NCBI RefSeq assembly: GCF_016127575.1
Contig: NZ_CP066019.1
Span: 2,490,001 to 2,522,000 of the forward strand
Length of the DNA: 32,000 nt
Direction of reading: 5' to 3'
DNA from: Cupriavidus necator
Lineage (GTDB): Bacteria > Pseudomonadota > Gammaproteobacteria > Burkholderiales > Burkholderiaceae
Of the stretch, positions 1 to 8,959 are shown in pieces; position 1 is the stretch's first letter; every line of letters starts with the position of its first letter. Under the pieces are notes generated by a model. It ran no database searches and had not been told where the DNA came from. It saw only the letters and a program-made list of their open reading frames with translations. A program made the translations under genes and the position numbers.

Positions 1-2162
1 CCGACAACGCCGACCGCACGCAAGGCAAGAGCATGGTCATCGTTGGTGCCGCGCTCAACCACTGGTACCACAACGACATGATCTACCGCGGCATCATCAA
101 CCTGCTGATGATGTGCGGCTGCATCGGCAAGAGCGGCGGCGGCTGGGCCCACTACGTCGGCCAGGAAAAGCTGCGCCCGCAGTTCGGCTGGGCCCCGCTC
201 GCCTTCGGCCTGGACTGGTCGCGCCCGCCGCGCCAGATGAACGGTACTTCGTTCTTCTACAACCACACCAGCCAGTGGCGCCACGAGAAGCTGGCCGTCG
301 ACGAGATCCTGTCGCCGACTGCCGACCGCAAGCGCTATGACGGCCTGTCGCTGCTGGACCTGAACGCGAAGTCCGAACGGATGGGCTGGCTGCCGTCGGC
401 CCCGCAACTGGGCACCAATCCGCTCGACGTGGTCGATGCGGCCGAGCGCGCCGGACAGGACCCGGTCGCCTACACGGTCGAGCAACTGAAGTCCGGCAAG
501 CTGCAGTTCGCCTGCGACGATCCCGACAACCCGGCCAACTTCCCGCGCAATATGTTCGTGTGGCGCTCCAACATCCTGGGCAGCTCGGGCAAGGGGCATG
601 AGTACTTCCTGAAGTACCTGCTGGGCACGCAGAACGCCGTGTTCGGCGACGAGAACGACGCGATCAAGCCAAGCGAAGTCAACGTGCGCCCGGCCGCCGA
701 AGGCAAGCTGGACCTGCTGACCGTGCTGGATTTCCGCATGAGCACCACCTGCCTTTACGGCGACATCGTGCTGCCGACGGCTACCTGGTACGAGAAGGAC
801 GACCTCAACACGTCCGACATGCACCCGTTCATCCACCCGCTGTCCGAAGCCGTGCAGCCGCTGTGGGAAAGCAAGACCGACTGGGAGATCTACAAGGCCA
901 TCGCGAAGAAATTCAGCGAGATCGCCGGGCCCTATCTCGGCACGCGCAAGGACCTGGTGTGCACGCCGCTGCTGCACGACACCCCGGGCGAACTCGGCCA
1001 GCCGTTCGAACCGAAGGACTGGAAGGCCGGCGAGTGCGACCTGGTCCCCGGCAAGACCGCGCCGTCGATGACCGTGGTCGAACGCAACTACGCCGACATC
1101 TACAAGAAATTCACCTCGATCGGGCCGCTGCTGGACAAGCTCGGCAATGGCGGCAAGGGCATCAACTGGAACACCCAGCATGAAGTCAAGGAGATCGGCC
1201 AGCTCAGCCACACCGTCAAGGAGCCCGGCGTCAGCCAGGGCCGCCCGCGGCTGGAGAGCGCGATCGATGCCGCCGAGATGATCCTGACCTTCGCGCCCGA
1301 GACCAACGGCCATGTCGCCGTCAAGGCATGGGAGGCGCTGTCGAAGATCACCGGCCGCGACCACACCCACCTGGCCGAAGGCCGCGAGCACGACAAGATC
1401 CGCTTCCGCGACGTGCAGGCGCAGCCGCGCAAGATCATCTCCGCGCCGACCTGGTCGGGCCTGGAATCGGAAGAGGTCAGCTACAACGCCGGCTACACCA
1501 ACGTGCACGAGCTGATCCCCTGGCGCACGCTGACCGGCCGCCAGCAGTTCTGGCAGGACCACCGCTGGATGCTGGACTTCGGCGAAGGCGCGTGCGTGTA
1601 CAAGCCGGCCATCGACACCAAGACGGTGGCGCCGATGCTGGGCAAGAAGCCCAACGGCAACCCGGAGCTGGTGCTGAACTGGATCACGCCGCACCAGAAG
1701 TGGGGCATCCACTCCACCTACTCGGACAACCTGCGCATGCTGACGCTGTCGCGCGGCGGCCCGCACGTGTGGATCTCGGAAACCGAGGCCAAGGCAAACG
1801 GCATCCGCGACAACGATTGGGTGGAAGTGTTCAACGTCAACGGCACGCTGACCGCCCGCGTGGTGGTGTCGCAGCGCGTGCCCAAGGGCATGTGTCTGAT
1901 GTACCACGCCCAGGAAAAAATCGTGAACGTGCCCGGCGCCGAGACCAGCGGCATGCGCGGCGGCATCCATAACTCGGTCACGCGCGCCGTGACCAAGCCC
2001 ACTCACATGATCGGCGGCTACGCGCAGCTGGCCTACGGCTTCAACTACTACGGCACCGTGGGCAGCAACCGCGACGAGTTCGTGATCCTGCGCAAGATGA
2101 AGAGGGTCGACTGGCTGGAAGGGCCGCTCGCGGAAAAGACTAAGGAAGGAGCCTCGCAATGA
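1..2162 (+). CDS. narG: Respiratory nitrate reductase alpha subunit NarG, 5'-truncated by the window edge (C-terminal ~720 aa)
   Basis: The frame is open from position 3. The translation GKSMVIVGAALNHWYHNDMIYRGIINLLMMCGCIGKSGGGWAHYVGQEKLRP closely matches my recollection of E. coli NarG. It is followed by narH with an ATGA start/stop overlap. Confidence 0.97.
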   Translation, partial: DNADRTQGKSMVIVGAALNHWYHNDMIYRGIINLLMMCGCIGKSGGGWAHYVGQEKLRPQFGWAPLAFGLDWSRPPRQMNGTSFFYNHTSQWRHEKLAVDEILSPTADRKRYDGLSLLDLNAKSERMGWLPSAPQLGTNPLDVVDAAERAGQDPVAYTVEQLKSGKLQFACDDPDNPANFPRNMFVWRSNILGSSGKGHEYFLKYLLGTQNAVFGDENDAIKPSEVNVRPAAEGKLDLLTVLDFRMSTTCLYGDIVLPTATWYEKDDLNTSDMHPFIHPLSEAVQPLWESKTDWEIYKAIAKKFSEIAGPYLGTRKDLVCTPLLHDTPGELGQPFEPKDWKAGECDLVPGKTAPSMTVVERNYADIYKKFTSIGPLLDKLGNGGKGINWNTQHEVKEIGQLSHTVKEPGVSQGRPRLESAIDAAEMILTFAPETNGHVAVKAWEALSKITGRDHTHLAEGREHDKIRFRDVQAQPRKIISAPTWSGLESEEVSYNAGYTNVHELIPWRTLTGRQQFWQDHRWMLDFGEGACVYKPAIDTKTVAPMLGKKPNGNPELVLNWITPHQKWGIHSTYSDNLRMLTLSRGGPHVWISETEAKANGIRDNDWVEVFNVNGTLTARVVVSQRVPKGMCLMYHAQEKIVNVPGAETSGMRGGIHNSVTRAVTKPTHMIGGYAQLAYGFNYYGTVGSNRDEFVILRKMKRVDWLEGPLAEKTKEGASQ

Positions 2163-3709
2163 AGATCCGTGCCCAGGTGGCCATGGTGCTGAACCTCGAC
2201 AAGTGCATCGGCTGCCATACCTGCTCCGTGACCTGCAAGAACGTCTGGACCAGCCGCGACGGTGTCGAGTACGCGTGGTTCAACAACGTCGAGACCAAGC
2301 CCGGCATCGGCTACCCCAAGGAATGGGAGAACCAGGACAAGTGGCAGGGTGGCTGGAAGCGCAACGCCGACGGCACGCTGGAGCCGCGCCAGGGCGGCAA
2401 GCTGAAGATCCTGGCGAACCTGTTCGCCAACCCCAACCTGCCGCAGATCGACGAGTACTACGAGCCCTTCACCTACGACTACGAGCACCTGCAGAAGGCG
2501 CCGCTGGTGCAGACCCCGCCCACCGCGCGCCCGGTCTCGGTGCTGACGGGCCGCAAGATGGAGAAGATCGAGTGGGGCCCGAACTGGGAAGACGACCTCG
2601 GCGGCGAGTTCAGCTCGCGCGGTCGCGACAAGCTCTTCGACGACGTGCAGAAGGAGATGTACTCGACCTTCGAGAACACCTTCATGATGTACCTGCCGCG
2701 CCTGTGCGAGCACTGCCTGAACCCGGCCTGCGTGGCCTCGTGCCCGTCGGGCTCGATCTACAAGCGCGAGGACGACGGCATCGTGCTGGTCGACCAGGAC
2801 AAGTGCCGCGGCTGGCGCATGTGCATCTCGGGCTGCCCGTACAAGAAGATCTACTTCAACTGGCAGAGCGGCAAGGCCGAGAAGTGCCTGTTCTGCTATC
2901 CGCGCATCGAGGCCGGCCAGCCCACGGTCTGCTCCGAGACCTGCGTCGGCCGCATCCGCTACCTCGGCGTGATGCTGTACGACGCCGACCGCATCGAGCA
3001 GGCGGCGTCGGTGGCCGATGAGCGCGACCTGTACCAGTCGCAGCTCGACGTCTTCCTCGATCCGCACGACCCGGCGGTGCAGGCCGAGGCGCTGCGCCAG
3101 GGCATCCCGCAAACCTGGCTCGATGCCGCGCGCAAGTCGCCGGTCTACAAGATGGCATGCGAGTGGAAGATCGCCTTCCCGCTGCACCCGGAGTACCGCA
3201 CCCTGCCGATGGTCTGGTATGTCCCGCCGCTGTCGCCGATCCAGTCCGCGGCCGAGGCCGGCCACATGGGCATGAACGGCGTGATCCCGGACGTGAAGAG
3301 CCTGCGCATCCCGGTGAAGTACCTGGCCAACCTGCTGACCGCGGGCGACGTGATGCCGGTACTGTCCGCGCTGGACCGCATGCTGGCGATGCGCGCCTAC
3401 AAGCGCTCGCAGGTGGTGGACGGCGTGCAGGACCTGGGCGTGCTGGAGCAGGTGGGCCTGACGCCCGCGCAGGTCGAGGACATGTACCAGACCATGGCCA
3501 TCGCCAACTACGAGGACCGCTTCGTGATCCCGTCCTCGCACAAGGAGATGGTCGAGGACAGCTTCAACGACAAGGCCAGCTGCGGCTTCACCTTCGGCAA
3601 CGGCTGCTCGGGCGGCGCCTCGGACGGCTCGCTGTTCGGCAAGAAGCCACAGGGCAGCGTCCACTTCGCCGACATGCCCAAGTCGCGCAAGAAGGCAGTG
3701 ATGAGCTGA
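2159..3709 (+). CDS. narH: Respiratory nitrate reductase beta (Fe-S) subunit NarH
   Basis: 516 aa. The N-terminus MKIRAQVAMVLNLDKCIGCHTCSVTCKNVW carries a ferredoxin-type CxxCxxCxxxC cluster, and further Cys clusters follow (CEHCLNPACVASCP, CRGWRMCISGCP). The position after narG is as expected. Confidence 0.97.
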   Translation: MKIRAQVAMVLNLDKCIGCHTCSVTCKNVWTSRDGVEYAWFNNVETKPGIGYPKEWENQDKWQGGWKRNADGTLEPRQGGKLKILANLFANPNLPQIDEYYEPFTYDYEHLQKAPLVQTPPTARPVSVLTGRKMEKIEWGPNWEDDLGGEFSSRGRDKLFDDVQKEMYSTFENTFMMYLPRLCEHCLNPACVASCPSGSIYKREDDGIVLVDQDKCRGWRMCISGCPYKKIYFNWQSGKAEKCLFCYPRIEAGQPTVCSETCVGRIRYLGVMLYDADRIEQAASVADERDLYQSQLDVFLDPHDPAVQAEALRQGIPQTWLDAARKSPVYKMACEWKIAFPLHPEYRTLPMVWYVPPLSPIQSAAEAGHMGMNGVIPDVKSLRIPVKYLANLLTAGDVMPVLSALDRMLAMRAYKRSQVVDGVQDLGVLEQVGLTPAQVEDMYQTMAIANYEDRFVIPSSHKEMVEDSFNDKASCGFTFGNGCSGGASDGSLFGKKPQGSVHFADMPKSRKKAVMS

Positions 3710-4413
3710 TGCCTGCCACGAACCGCACGGAGAACAACATGCCCCTCTATCCCATCCTCAGCGCCCTGCTCGGCTATCCCGAGCAGGAACTGCTCGACGC
3801 CCTGCCCGAGATCGATGCCGCGCTGGCCGAATGGCCGCAGGCGTGCGAGCTGCTGGCCCCCGTGACCGGGCTGCTGCGCGGCGAGTCGCTGATCGCGCTG
3901 CAGGAGAACTACGTCGCCACCTTCGACCGCAACCCGGCGCACTCGCTGCACCTGTTCGAGCACGTGCACGGCGAAAGCCGCGACCGCGGCCAGGCCATGG
4001 TCGACCTGATCGACGAATACCGGCGCGAAGGCTTTGAACCCGCCGCGTCCGAGCTGCCCGACTACGTGCCGCTGTTCCTGGAGTTCCTCGGCGCGCTGGT
4101 GGCCGACGGCAAGGAAGCGCGCGCCGAGCAATTGCTGGGCGACGCGATCCACGTGCTGGCCGCGATCGGCGAGCGCCTGGCGCGCAACGAAAGCCCGTAC
4201 GCCGGCGTGTTCGCGGTGCTGCGCACGCTGACCGACGTGCAGCCGCAACCGCAGCAGGAGCCGCCGGTGCGGGATATGGATGAAGCGCTGGAGACCTTCG
4301 GGCCGGGGGCTGATGGCGTGGAGCCGTTGCTGGCGCCGCAAGGCGGGCCGCAGGCGGTGAAGTTCTATCCGCGCGATCCGCGTGTCAGGGCGCCTATGCC
4401 GGCTGCCTGCTGA
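3709..4413 (+). CDS. narJ: Nitrate reductase molybdenum cofactor assembly chaperone NarJ
   Basis: The ATG at 3709 overlaps the narH stop (TGATG). The product is 234 aa with an N-terminus (YPILSALLGYPEQELLDAL) typical of NarJ/NarW-type chaperones. The track ORF 3157-4413 is an upstream extension inside narH. Confidence 0.9.
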   Translation: MPATNRTENNMPLYPILSALLGYPEQELLDALPEIDAALAEWPQACELLAPVTGLLRGESLIALQENYVATFDRNPAHSLHLFEHVHGESRDRGQAMVDLIDEYRREGFEPAASELPDYVPLFLEFLGALVADGKEARAEQLLGDAIHVLAAIGERLARNESPYAGVFAVLRTLTDVQPQPQQEPPVRDMDEALETFGPGADGVEPLLAPQGGPQAVKFYPRDPRVRAPMPAAC

Positions 4414-4433
4414 CTCCTCACGCGGACCCGCGG

Positions 4434-4470
4434 TGTTCTCCCCTCTCCCGCTTGCGGGAGAGGGGAACAC
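4434..4470. repeat. REP-like imperfect palindrome (GTGTTCTCCCCTCTCCCGC TT GCGGGAGAGGGGAACAC) in the narJ-narI spacer
   Basis: Inverted repeat read directly: the arms are complementary apart from a 2-nt bulge, with a 2-nt loop. The same core, CTCTCCCGCTTGCGGGAG, recurs at 20923-20955. Confidence 0.8.
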
Positions 4471-4525
4471 AGTTGGCAATTGAGACGACCGAACCTGCCT
4501 CAAAGGCAGCTACAGAGCAAACACC

Positions 4526-5209
4526 ATGGCAACCCTCCACCAATTCCTCTATGGCATCTATCCGTACATCGCTGCCGCCATCTTCCTGTTCGGCAGCCTG
4601 GCCCGCTTCGAGCGCGAGCAATACACCTGGAAGACCGACAGCTCGCAGGTGCTGTACCGCGGCAACCTGCGCACCGGCAACATCCTGTTCCACGTCGGCA
4701 TCCTCGGCCTGTTCTTCGGCCACCTGGTCGGCCTGCTGACGCCGGTGGCAGTGTGGAATGCGCTGGGTGTCTCGCACGGCTTCAAGCAGGCCGTGGCAAT
4801 GGCCGCGGGCGGCGTGATGGGCACCATGTGCCTGGCCGGACTGCTGATCCTGCTGCACCGCCGCCTGACCAACGCCCGCGTGTCGGCCGTGACCCGCACC
4901 GGCGACAAGGTGCTGCTGCTGTGGCTGCTGGTGACGCTGCTGCTGGGCCTGTCCACGATCTTCGAATCCGCCAGCCACATGGACGGCCACATGATGGTGC
5001 AACTGATGACCTGGGCCCAGCACCTCGTCACGCTGCGCGGCGACGCCGCCAGCTATATCGCCGATGCGCCGCTGCTGTTCAAGGCGCACCTGTTCATGGG
5101 CATCACGCTGTTCGCGATCTTCCCGTTCACGCGGCTGGTGCATGTGTGGAGCGGCTTCGCCTCGGTCGGCTATCTCGGCCGCGCCTGGCAACTGGTGCGC
5201 AGCCGCTGA
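4526..5209 (+). CDS. narI: Respiratory nitrate reductase gamma (cytochrome b) subunit NarI
   Basis: 227 aa. FLYGIYPYIAAAIFLFGSLARFEREQYTWKTDSSQ, HVGILGLFFGH and FPFTRLVHVWS align with E. coli NarI as I remember it. The protein has several hydrophobic helices. Confidence 0.95.
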   Translation: MATLHQFLYGIYPYIAAAIFLFGSLARFEREQYTWKTDSSQVLYRGNLRTGNILFHVGILGLFFGHLVGLLTPVAVWNALGVSHGFKQAVAMAAGGVMGTMCLAGLLILLHRRLTNARVSAVTRTGDKVLLLWLLVTLLLGLSTIFESASHMDGHMMVQLMTWAQHLVTLRGDAASYIADAPLLFKAHLFMGITLFAIFPFTRLVHVWSGFASVGYLGRAWQLVRSR

Positions 5210-5237
5210 GCGCCGCCACCCGACAAGGAGAAACAGC

Positions 5238-5990
5238 ATGCCTGTCACCGTCAACGGCGTGGAACTGCGCGACGCCGATATCGAACGCGAGCTGGACCAC
5301 CATCACGATGCCGCCAACCCGGCGCGGCTGGCCACCATCTCGGCCATCCTGCGCCAACTGGTGCGCACCGAAGCCGACCGCATCGGCCTTGCCGCCGAAG
5401 GACTGGACGACGACGCCCTGGCGCTGGCCCTGCTGGAACGCGAGGCCGGCATCCCCGAGCCCGACGAAGCCAGCTGCCGCCGCCACTACGACAGCCGCCC
5501 CGAGCGCTTTCGCGACGGCGAATGGGTCGAGGCCGACCATATCCTGTTCCAGGTCACGCCGCGCGTGCCGCTGGACGCGCTGCGCGAGATCGCCGCGCAG
5601 ACGCTGGCACTGGTGCGCGGCGATCCTTCCACCTTTCCCGAGCACGCCCGCGCGCTGTCCAACTGCCCGAGCGGCGCCAACGGCGGCCGCCTTGGCCGCG
5701 TGTTCCGCGGCGAGACCGCGCCGGAATTCGAGCGCGCGCTGTTCGCGGCGCAGCAGGACGGCGTGCTGCCGCATTTGCTTGAAACCCGTTATGGCCTGCA
5801 TATCGTGCGCGTGCTGGAACGCTGCCCCGGCACGCGCCTGCCCTTCGATGCGGTGCGCGGCGACATTGCCCGCGCCCTGGCCAGTGCCGCGCGCGACCGA
5901 GCCTGGAAGCAGTACGCCAGCCTGCTGATCGGGCGCGCGCGCATCGAAGGCATCGAGCTGGAGGGCGCCGACAGCCCGCTGGTGCAGTAG
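5238..5990 (+). CDS. PpiC/parvulin-type peptidyl-prolyl cis-trans isomerase, cytoplasmic and NifM-like, linked to the nar operon
   Basis: ATG at 5238, preceded by AAGGAG (5225-5230). The C-terminal half carries the parvulin pattern: DHILFQV ... LSNCPSGANGGRLGRVFRGETAPEFERALF ... YGLHIVRVLER. There is no signal peptide. The track ORF 5064-5990 is an upstream extension. Confidence 0.85.
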   Translation: MPVTVNGVELRDADIERELDHHHDAANPARLATISAILRQLVRTEADRIGLAAEGLDDDALALALLEREAGIPEPDEASCRRHYDSRPERFRDGEWVEADHILFQVTPRVPLDALREIAAQTLALVRGDPSTFPEHARALSNCPSGANGGRLGRVFRGETAPEFERALFAAQQDGVLPHLLETRYGLHIVRVLERCPGTRLPFDAVRGDIARALASAARDRAWKQYASLLIGRARIEGIELEGADSPLVQ

Positions 5991-6005
5991 CGCCTGGATG
6001 CCGCC

Positions 6006-6713
6006 ATGCATCACATCGAACAACTGCTCAAAGGTTTCGAACGCTTCCAGCAACGCTATTTCGACGACGAGCCCGGGCTGTTCGACACGCTGCGCACCGG
6101 CCAGCGCCCGCCCACGCTGCTGATCGGCTGCAGCGATTCACGCGTCGATCCTGGCCTGCTGCTGGGCTGCGATCCGGGCGAGCTCTTTACCGTGCGCAAT
6201 ATCGGCAACCTGGTGCCACCGTGCACCGGCCGCCATGAAGGCAGCCTGCACGGCGTATGCGCGGCGATCCAGTTTGCCGTGCAGCAGCTGCGCGTGGCCC
6301 GCATCATCGTGATGGGCCACGGCGGCTGCGGCGGCATCCGCGCCTTGCTGGCGCAGCCGGCCGACGCCGGCGACCATGCGCCCGACGAAAGCGAAGACCC
6401 CGACTACATCGGCGCCTGGGTGCGCATCGCGGCACCGGCGCGCAGACAGGTGGAGGAAGCCCTGGCCGCGGCCAGCGCCGCCGAGCGCCAGCGCGCCTGC
6501 GAACAGGCGGCGATCCTGGTGTCGCTGCGCAACCTGCAGACTTTCCCGTTCGTGCGGCGCGCACTGGAGGCCGGCACGCTGACGCTGCACGGCTGGTATT
6601 TCGACCTGCAGGCCGGCGCGCTGCTGGCCTATTCGCAGCGTGCCGACAGCTTCCTGCCGCTGGTGTGCCCGCTGCCCGCCCAAACTGAACTCCGCGAACC
6701 CTGCGAACCCTGA
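6006..6713 (+). CDS. can: Beta-class carbonic anhydrase
   Basis: 235 aa. Beta-CA zinc-site motifs are present: [12 protein letters not shown] and [10 protein letters not shown]. Typical context: [12 protein letters not shown]. Confidence 0.92.
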   Translation: MHHIEQLLKGFERFQQRYFDDEPGLFDTLRTGQRPPTLLIGCSDSRVDPGLLLGCDPGELFTVRNIGNLVPPCTGRHEGSLHGVCAAIQFAVQQLRVARIIVMGHGGCGGIRALLAQPADAGDHAPDESEDPDYIGAWVRIAAPARRQVEEALAAASAAERQRACEQAAILVSLRNLQTFPFVRRALEAGTLTLHGWYFDLQAGALLAYSQRADSFLPLVCPLPAQTELREPCEP

Positions 6714-6717
6714 CCCC

Positions 6718-7275
6718 ATGCATCCCTTCATCCTTGGCATTACCGGCACCTCCGGCAGCGGCAAGACCACGCTGATCACGGCACTGCTGCCGTGGTTCCG
6801 CGCACAGGGCCTGACCGTCAACGTGATCAAGCACAGCCATCATCCGCTCGAACTGGAGCCGCCGGGCAAGGACAGCGCGCGCTTTCGCGGCGCCGGCGCG
6901 GCCGAGGTGATGGTGGCATCGCCCTATCGCTTCGCCATCGTGCGCGAACTGGCCGACGAGGCCGAGCCGACGCTGGCCGAGCAGGTGGCGCGCCTGCGGC
7001 CGGCCGATATCACGCTGGTGGAAGGCTTCCGGCGCGAGGCGATTCCGCGCATCGAGGTCTACCGGCCGGCGCACGGGCGCGCGCCCTACTACCCGGGCGA
7101 CCCTTCGATCGTCGCGCTGGCCACCGACGCGCGCATGGACTCGGTACTGCCTTGCATGGCCCTTGACGACATTGCACAGGTGGGGGGCTTCATCCTCGCC
7201 ATGAAGGACGAGGCGGGGGCGGCGAGCGCGGCCGCCGCGTTCAGTCGCTCGCGCGACGGTGCAACGGCCAGATGA
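6718..7275 (+). CDS. mobB: Molybdopterin-guanine dinucleotide biosynthesis adapter protein MobB
   Basis: ATG at 6718, 4 nt after the can stop. Walker A motif [13 protein letters not shown], then VIKHSHH and VEGF, which are typical of MobB. The Ala-rich C-terminal tail overlaps the convergent gene by 35 bp. Confidence 0.88.
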   Translation: MHPFILGITGTSGSGKTTLITALLPWFRAQGLTVNVIKHSHHPLELEPPGKDSARFRGAGAAEVMVASPYRFAIVRELADEAEPTLAEQVARLRPADITLVEGFRREAIPRIEVYRPAHGRAPYYPGDPSIVALATDARMDSVLPCMALDDIAQVGGFILAMKDEAGAASAAAAFSRSRDGATAR

Positions 7276-7849
7276 CGTTCACGGCCTCGCCGTCGTTGCG
7301 GTAGGCGTGGCAGGTGTCCAGTATCCAGGGCCGGGGTACGGGCTCGTCTCCCGCCAGCTTGGCATGCCACGGCGACTGTTCGCGCTGGACCGACATGATG
7401 GTCTGCATCGCGGTGGTGGCCAGCGGCCCCAGCAGCTCGGTCAGGTGGGTACAGCCCTTGGCGCCCCCCAGGCGCGCCCTGGCCTGCTGCCGGAAGCCGC
7501 CGCCGATGCGCAGGCCCTCGAGCTGCCGATAGGCGGCGTTGATCTCCGCGCAGTATGGCGTCGGTCCGGTCTCGGTGCGGGCCTCGAAGCGCCGGATCAC
7601 CAGGTCCGCGCCGATCGTCATGCACAGGCGCATCTGGTGAATGAAGCCCCCGTCGGGCACGCTGACAAAGGGCAGTTCGGTGGCGTCGGCGGAAATATCA
7701 TCCATATCGGCCTCGATGTCATAGAGGCCATCGTCGCGCAGATAGCCGCGGCATTCGATCTGGCGGGTGTGACGCAGCGTGCGTCCGGGTTGGGGCGTGG
7801 GGGCTGTTTCCATGCGTGTTTCCGTCGGGCTTCTGGTATTGCCGGTCAT
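7241..7849 (-). CDS. Conserved hypothetical protein; it resembles the DUF2889 family from memory, and the family call is tentative
   Basis: 202-aa ORF with balanced, non-shadow composition (D, E, I and Y present). It contains a [11 protein letters not shown] motif and scattered Cys/His. The opposite-strand ORF 7259-7861 is Gly/Arg/Ala-rich shadow. There is an alternative ATG at 7813 (METAPTP...). No strong SD precedes either start. Confidence 0.7.
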   Translation of the reverse strand: MTGNTRSPTETRMETAPTPQPGRTLRHTRQIECRGYLRDDGLYDIEADMDDISADATELPFVSVPDGGFIHQMRLCMTIGADLVIRRFEARTETGPTPYCAEINAAYRQLEGLRIGGGFRQQARARLGGAKGCTHLTELLGPLATTAMQTIMSVQREQSPWHAKLAGDEPVPRPWILDTCHAYRNDGEAVNVIWPLHRRASD

Positions 7850-7930
7850 GATGGACGCTAGCGGCGCCGGAATCGCCCCCCAGTATCGGGTGGCGCGGCT
7901 CCGGTGCCGCGCAGGATCGCCGCCAGATGG

Positions 7931-8857
7931 CTACCAGCTGCTGTCCGAGCTGCCCGCGCCGGAGGCACGGTGGCTGGCAAAGTGTTCCAGCAGGAAGTCC
8001 ACCAGCGCCCGCACCTTGTCCGGGCGATGGTTGCGCGCCGGGAACACCAGGTGGATATCCGCGGGCGCGAACTGCCATTGGGGCAGCACCCGGCGCAGGG
8101 CGCCGCTGCGCAGGGGCTCCGCAACATCCCACTCGGAGCGCACGATCAGGCCCTGGCCATCGAGCGCCCAGGCCAGCGCCGATTCCCCGTCATTGGTGCT
8201 CATGGTGCCGCGGACCTTGATGGTCTCCTGCTGCGCGCCATGGCGCAGGTGCCAGGTGCCGAAGGTCTCGTCGGCTTCGCGGATGAAGATGCAGTTGTGC
8301 CGCGCCAGCTCGCGCGGGCTCGATGGCTCGCCCCGCGCTTCCAGGTAGGACGGCGCGGCACAGAGCAGGCGGCGGTTGTTGGCCAGCAGGCGCGCCGTCA
8401 GGCGCACGTCCGGCATCTCGCCAAAGTGGATCATGGCGTCCAGGCCCTGCTCGACCAGGTTCAGGGGCCGGTCGGTCAGGTAGAGCTGGACCTCGATATT
8501 CGGACAGCGGCGCGAGAACCCCGACAGCGCCGGCGCGATATGCCGCCGTCCGAAGCCGAGCGTGGCGCCGATCTTCAGCAAGCCGTGCGGGGTGCTGCCG
8601 GTGCCCGCGATCGATCGCTCCAGCGCCTCCATCTCCGCGAGGATCCGCGCTCCCTCCACCAGATAGCTCTCCCCTTCCGGCGTCAGGCTGATGCGGCGCG
8701 TGGTCCGGTGCAGCAACCGGACGCGCAGCCGTGCCTCCAGCCCCGCCAGCCGCTTGCTGACGGCGGGCGGCGTCACGCCAAGCTCCTGCGCGGCGCCGGT
8801 CAGGCTGCCCTGCTTGTTGATGCACGCAAAGAACGCGACGTCCGAGAGGTTATCCAT
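7931..8857 (-). CDS. LysR-family transcriptional regulator
   Basis: 308 aa. N-terminal wHTH: FFACINKQGSLTGAAQELGVTPPAVSKRLAGLEARLRVRLLHRTTRRISLTPEG. It is divergent from the Bug/LeuCD genes. Confidence 0.93.
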   Translation of the reverse strand: MDNLSDVAFFACINKQGSLTGAAQELGVTPPAVSKRLAGLEARLRVRLLHRTTRRISLTPEGESYLVEGARILAEMEALERSIAGTGSTPHGLLKIGATLGFGRRHIAPALSGFSRRCPNIEVQLYLTDRPLNLVEQGLDAMIHFGEMPDVRLTARLLANNRRLLCAAPSYLEARGEPSSPRELARHNCIFIREADETFGTWHLRHGAQQETIKVRGTMSTNDGESALAWALDGQGLIVRSEWDVAEPLRSGALRRVLPQWQFAPADIHLVFPARNHRPDKVRALVDFLLEHFASHRASGAGSSDSSW

Positions 8858-8959
8858 TGGTGAATACCAGGAAACAAAGAAGTAACTGAGTTTAAATTAT
8901 GTGCCCATAGGTGAATGATACGATGGTTTCCATAACGATTCCTAAACCAGGAGACACCC

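Noticed and set aside
2048-3664. 538-aa minus-strand ORF antisense to narH. Similar cases: 9958-11478 (antisense to leuC-like), 24537-25859 and 24587-25864 (antisense to pcaB), 19915-20997, 17766-19034 and 12270-13466
   Set aside because: All lie fully inside confidently identified genes on the other strand. They have shadow-ORF composition (R/A/G/H/Q runs) and no family motifs.
4480-5928. 482-aa plus-strand ORF overlapping narI and the parvulin gene in another frame
   Set aside because: It is out of frame with two recognisable proteins. The product is Pro/Arg/Ala-rich and lacks domain signatures.
8858-8959. Imperfect dyad CGATGG-TTT-CCATAACG and a TTTAAA palindrome in the LysR-Bug intergenic region as defined operators
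   Set aside because: The arms are short or bulged, and no clean T-N11-A dyad could be fixed by eye. Only the GGTGAAT direct repeat is mentioned, as a weak candidate within the cassette finding.
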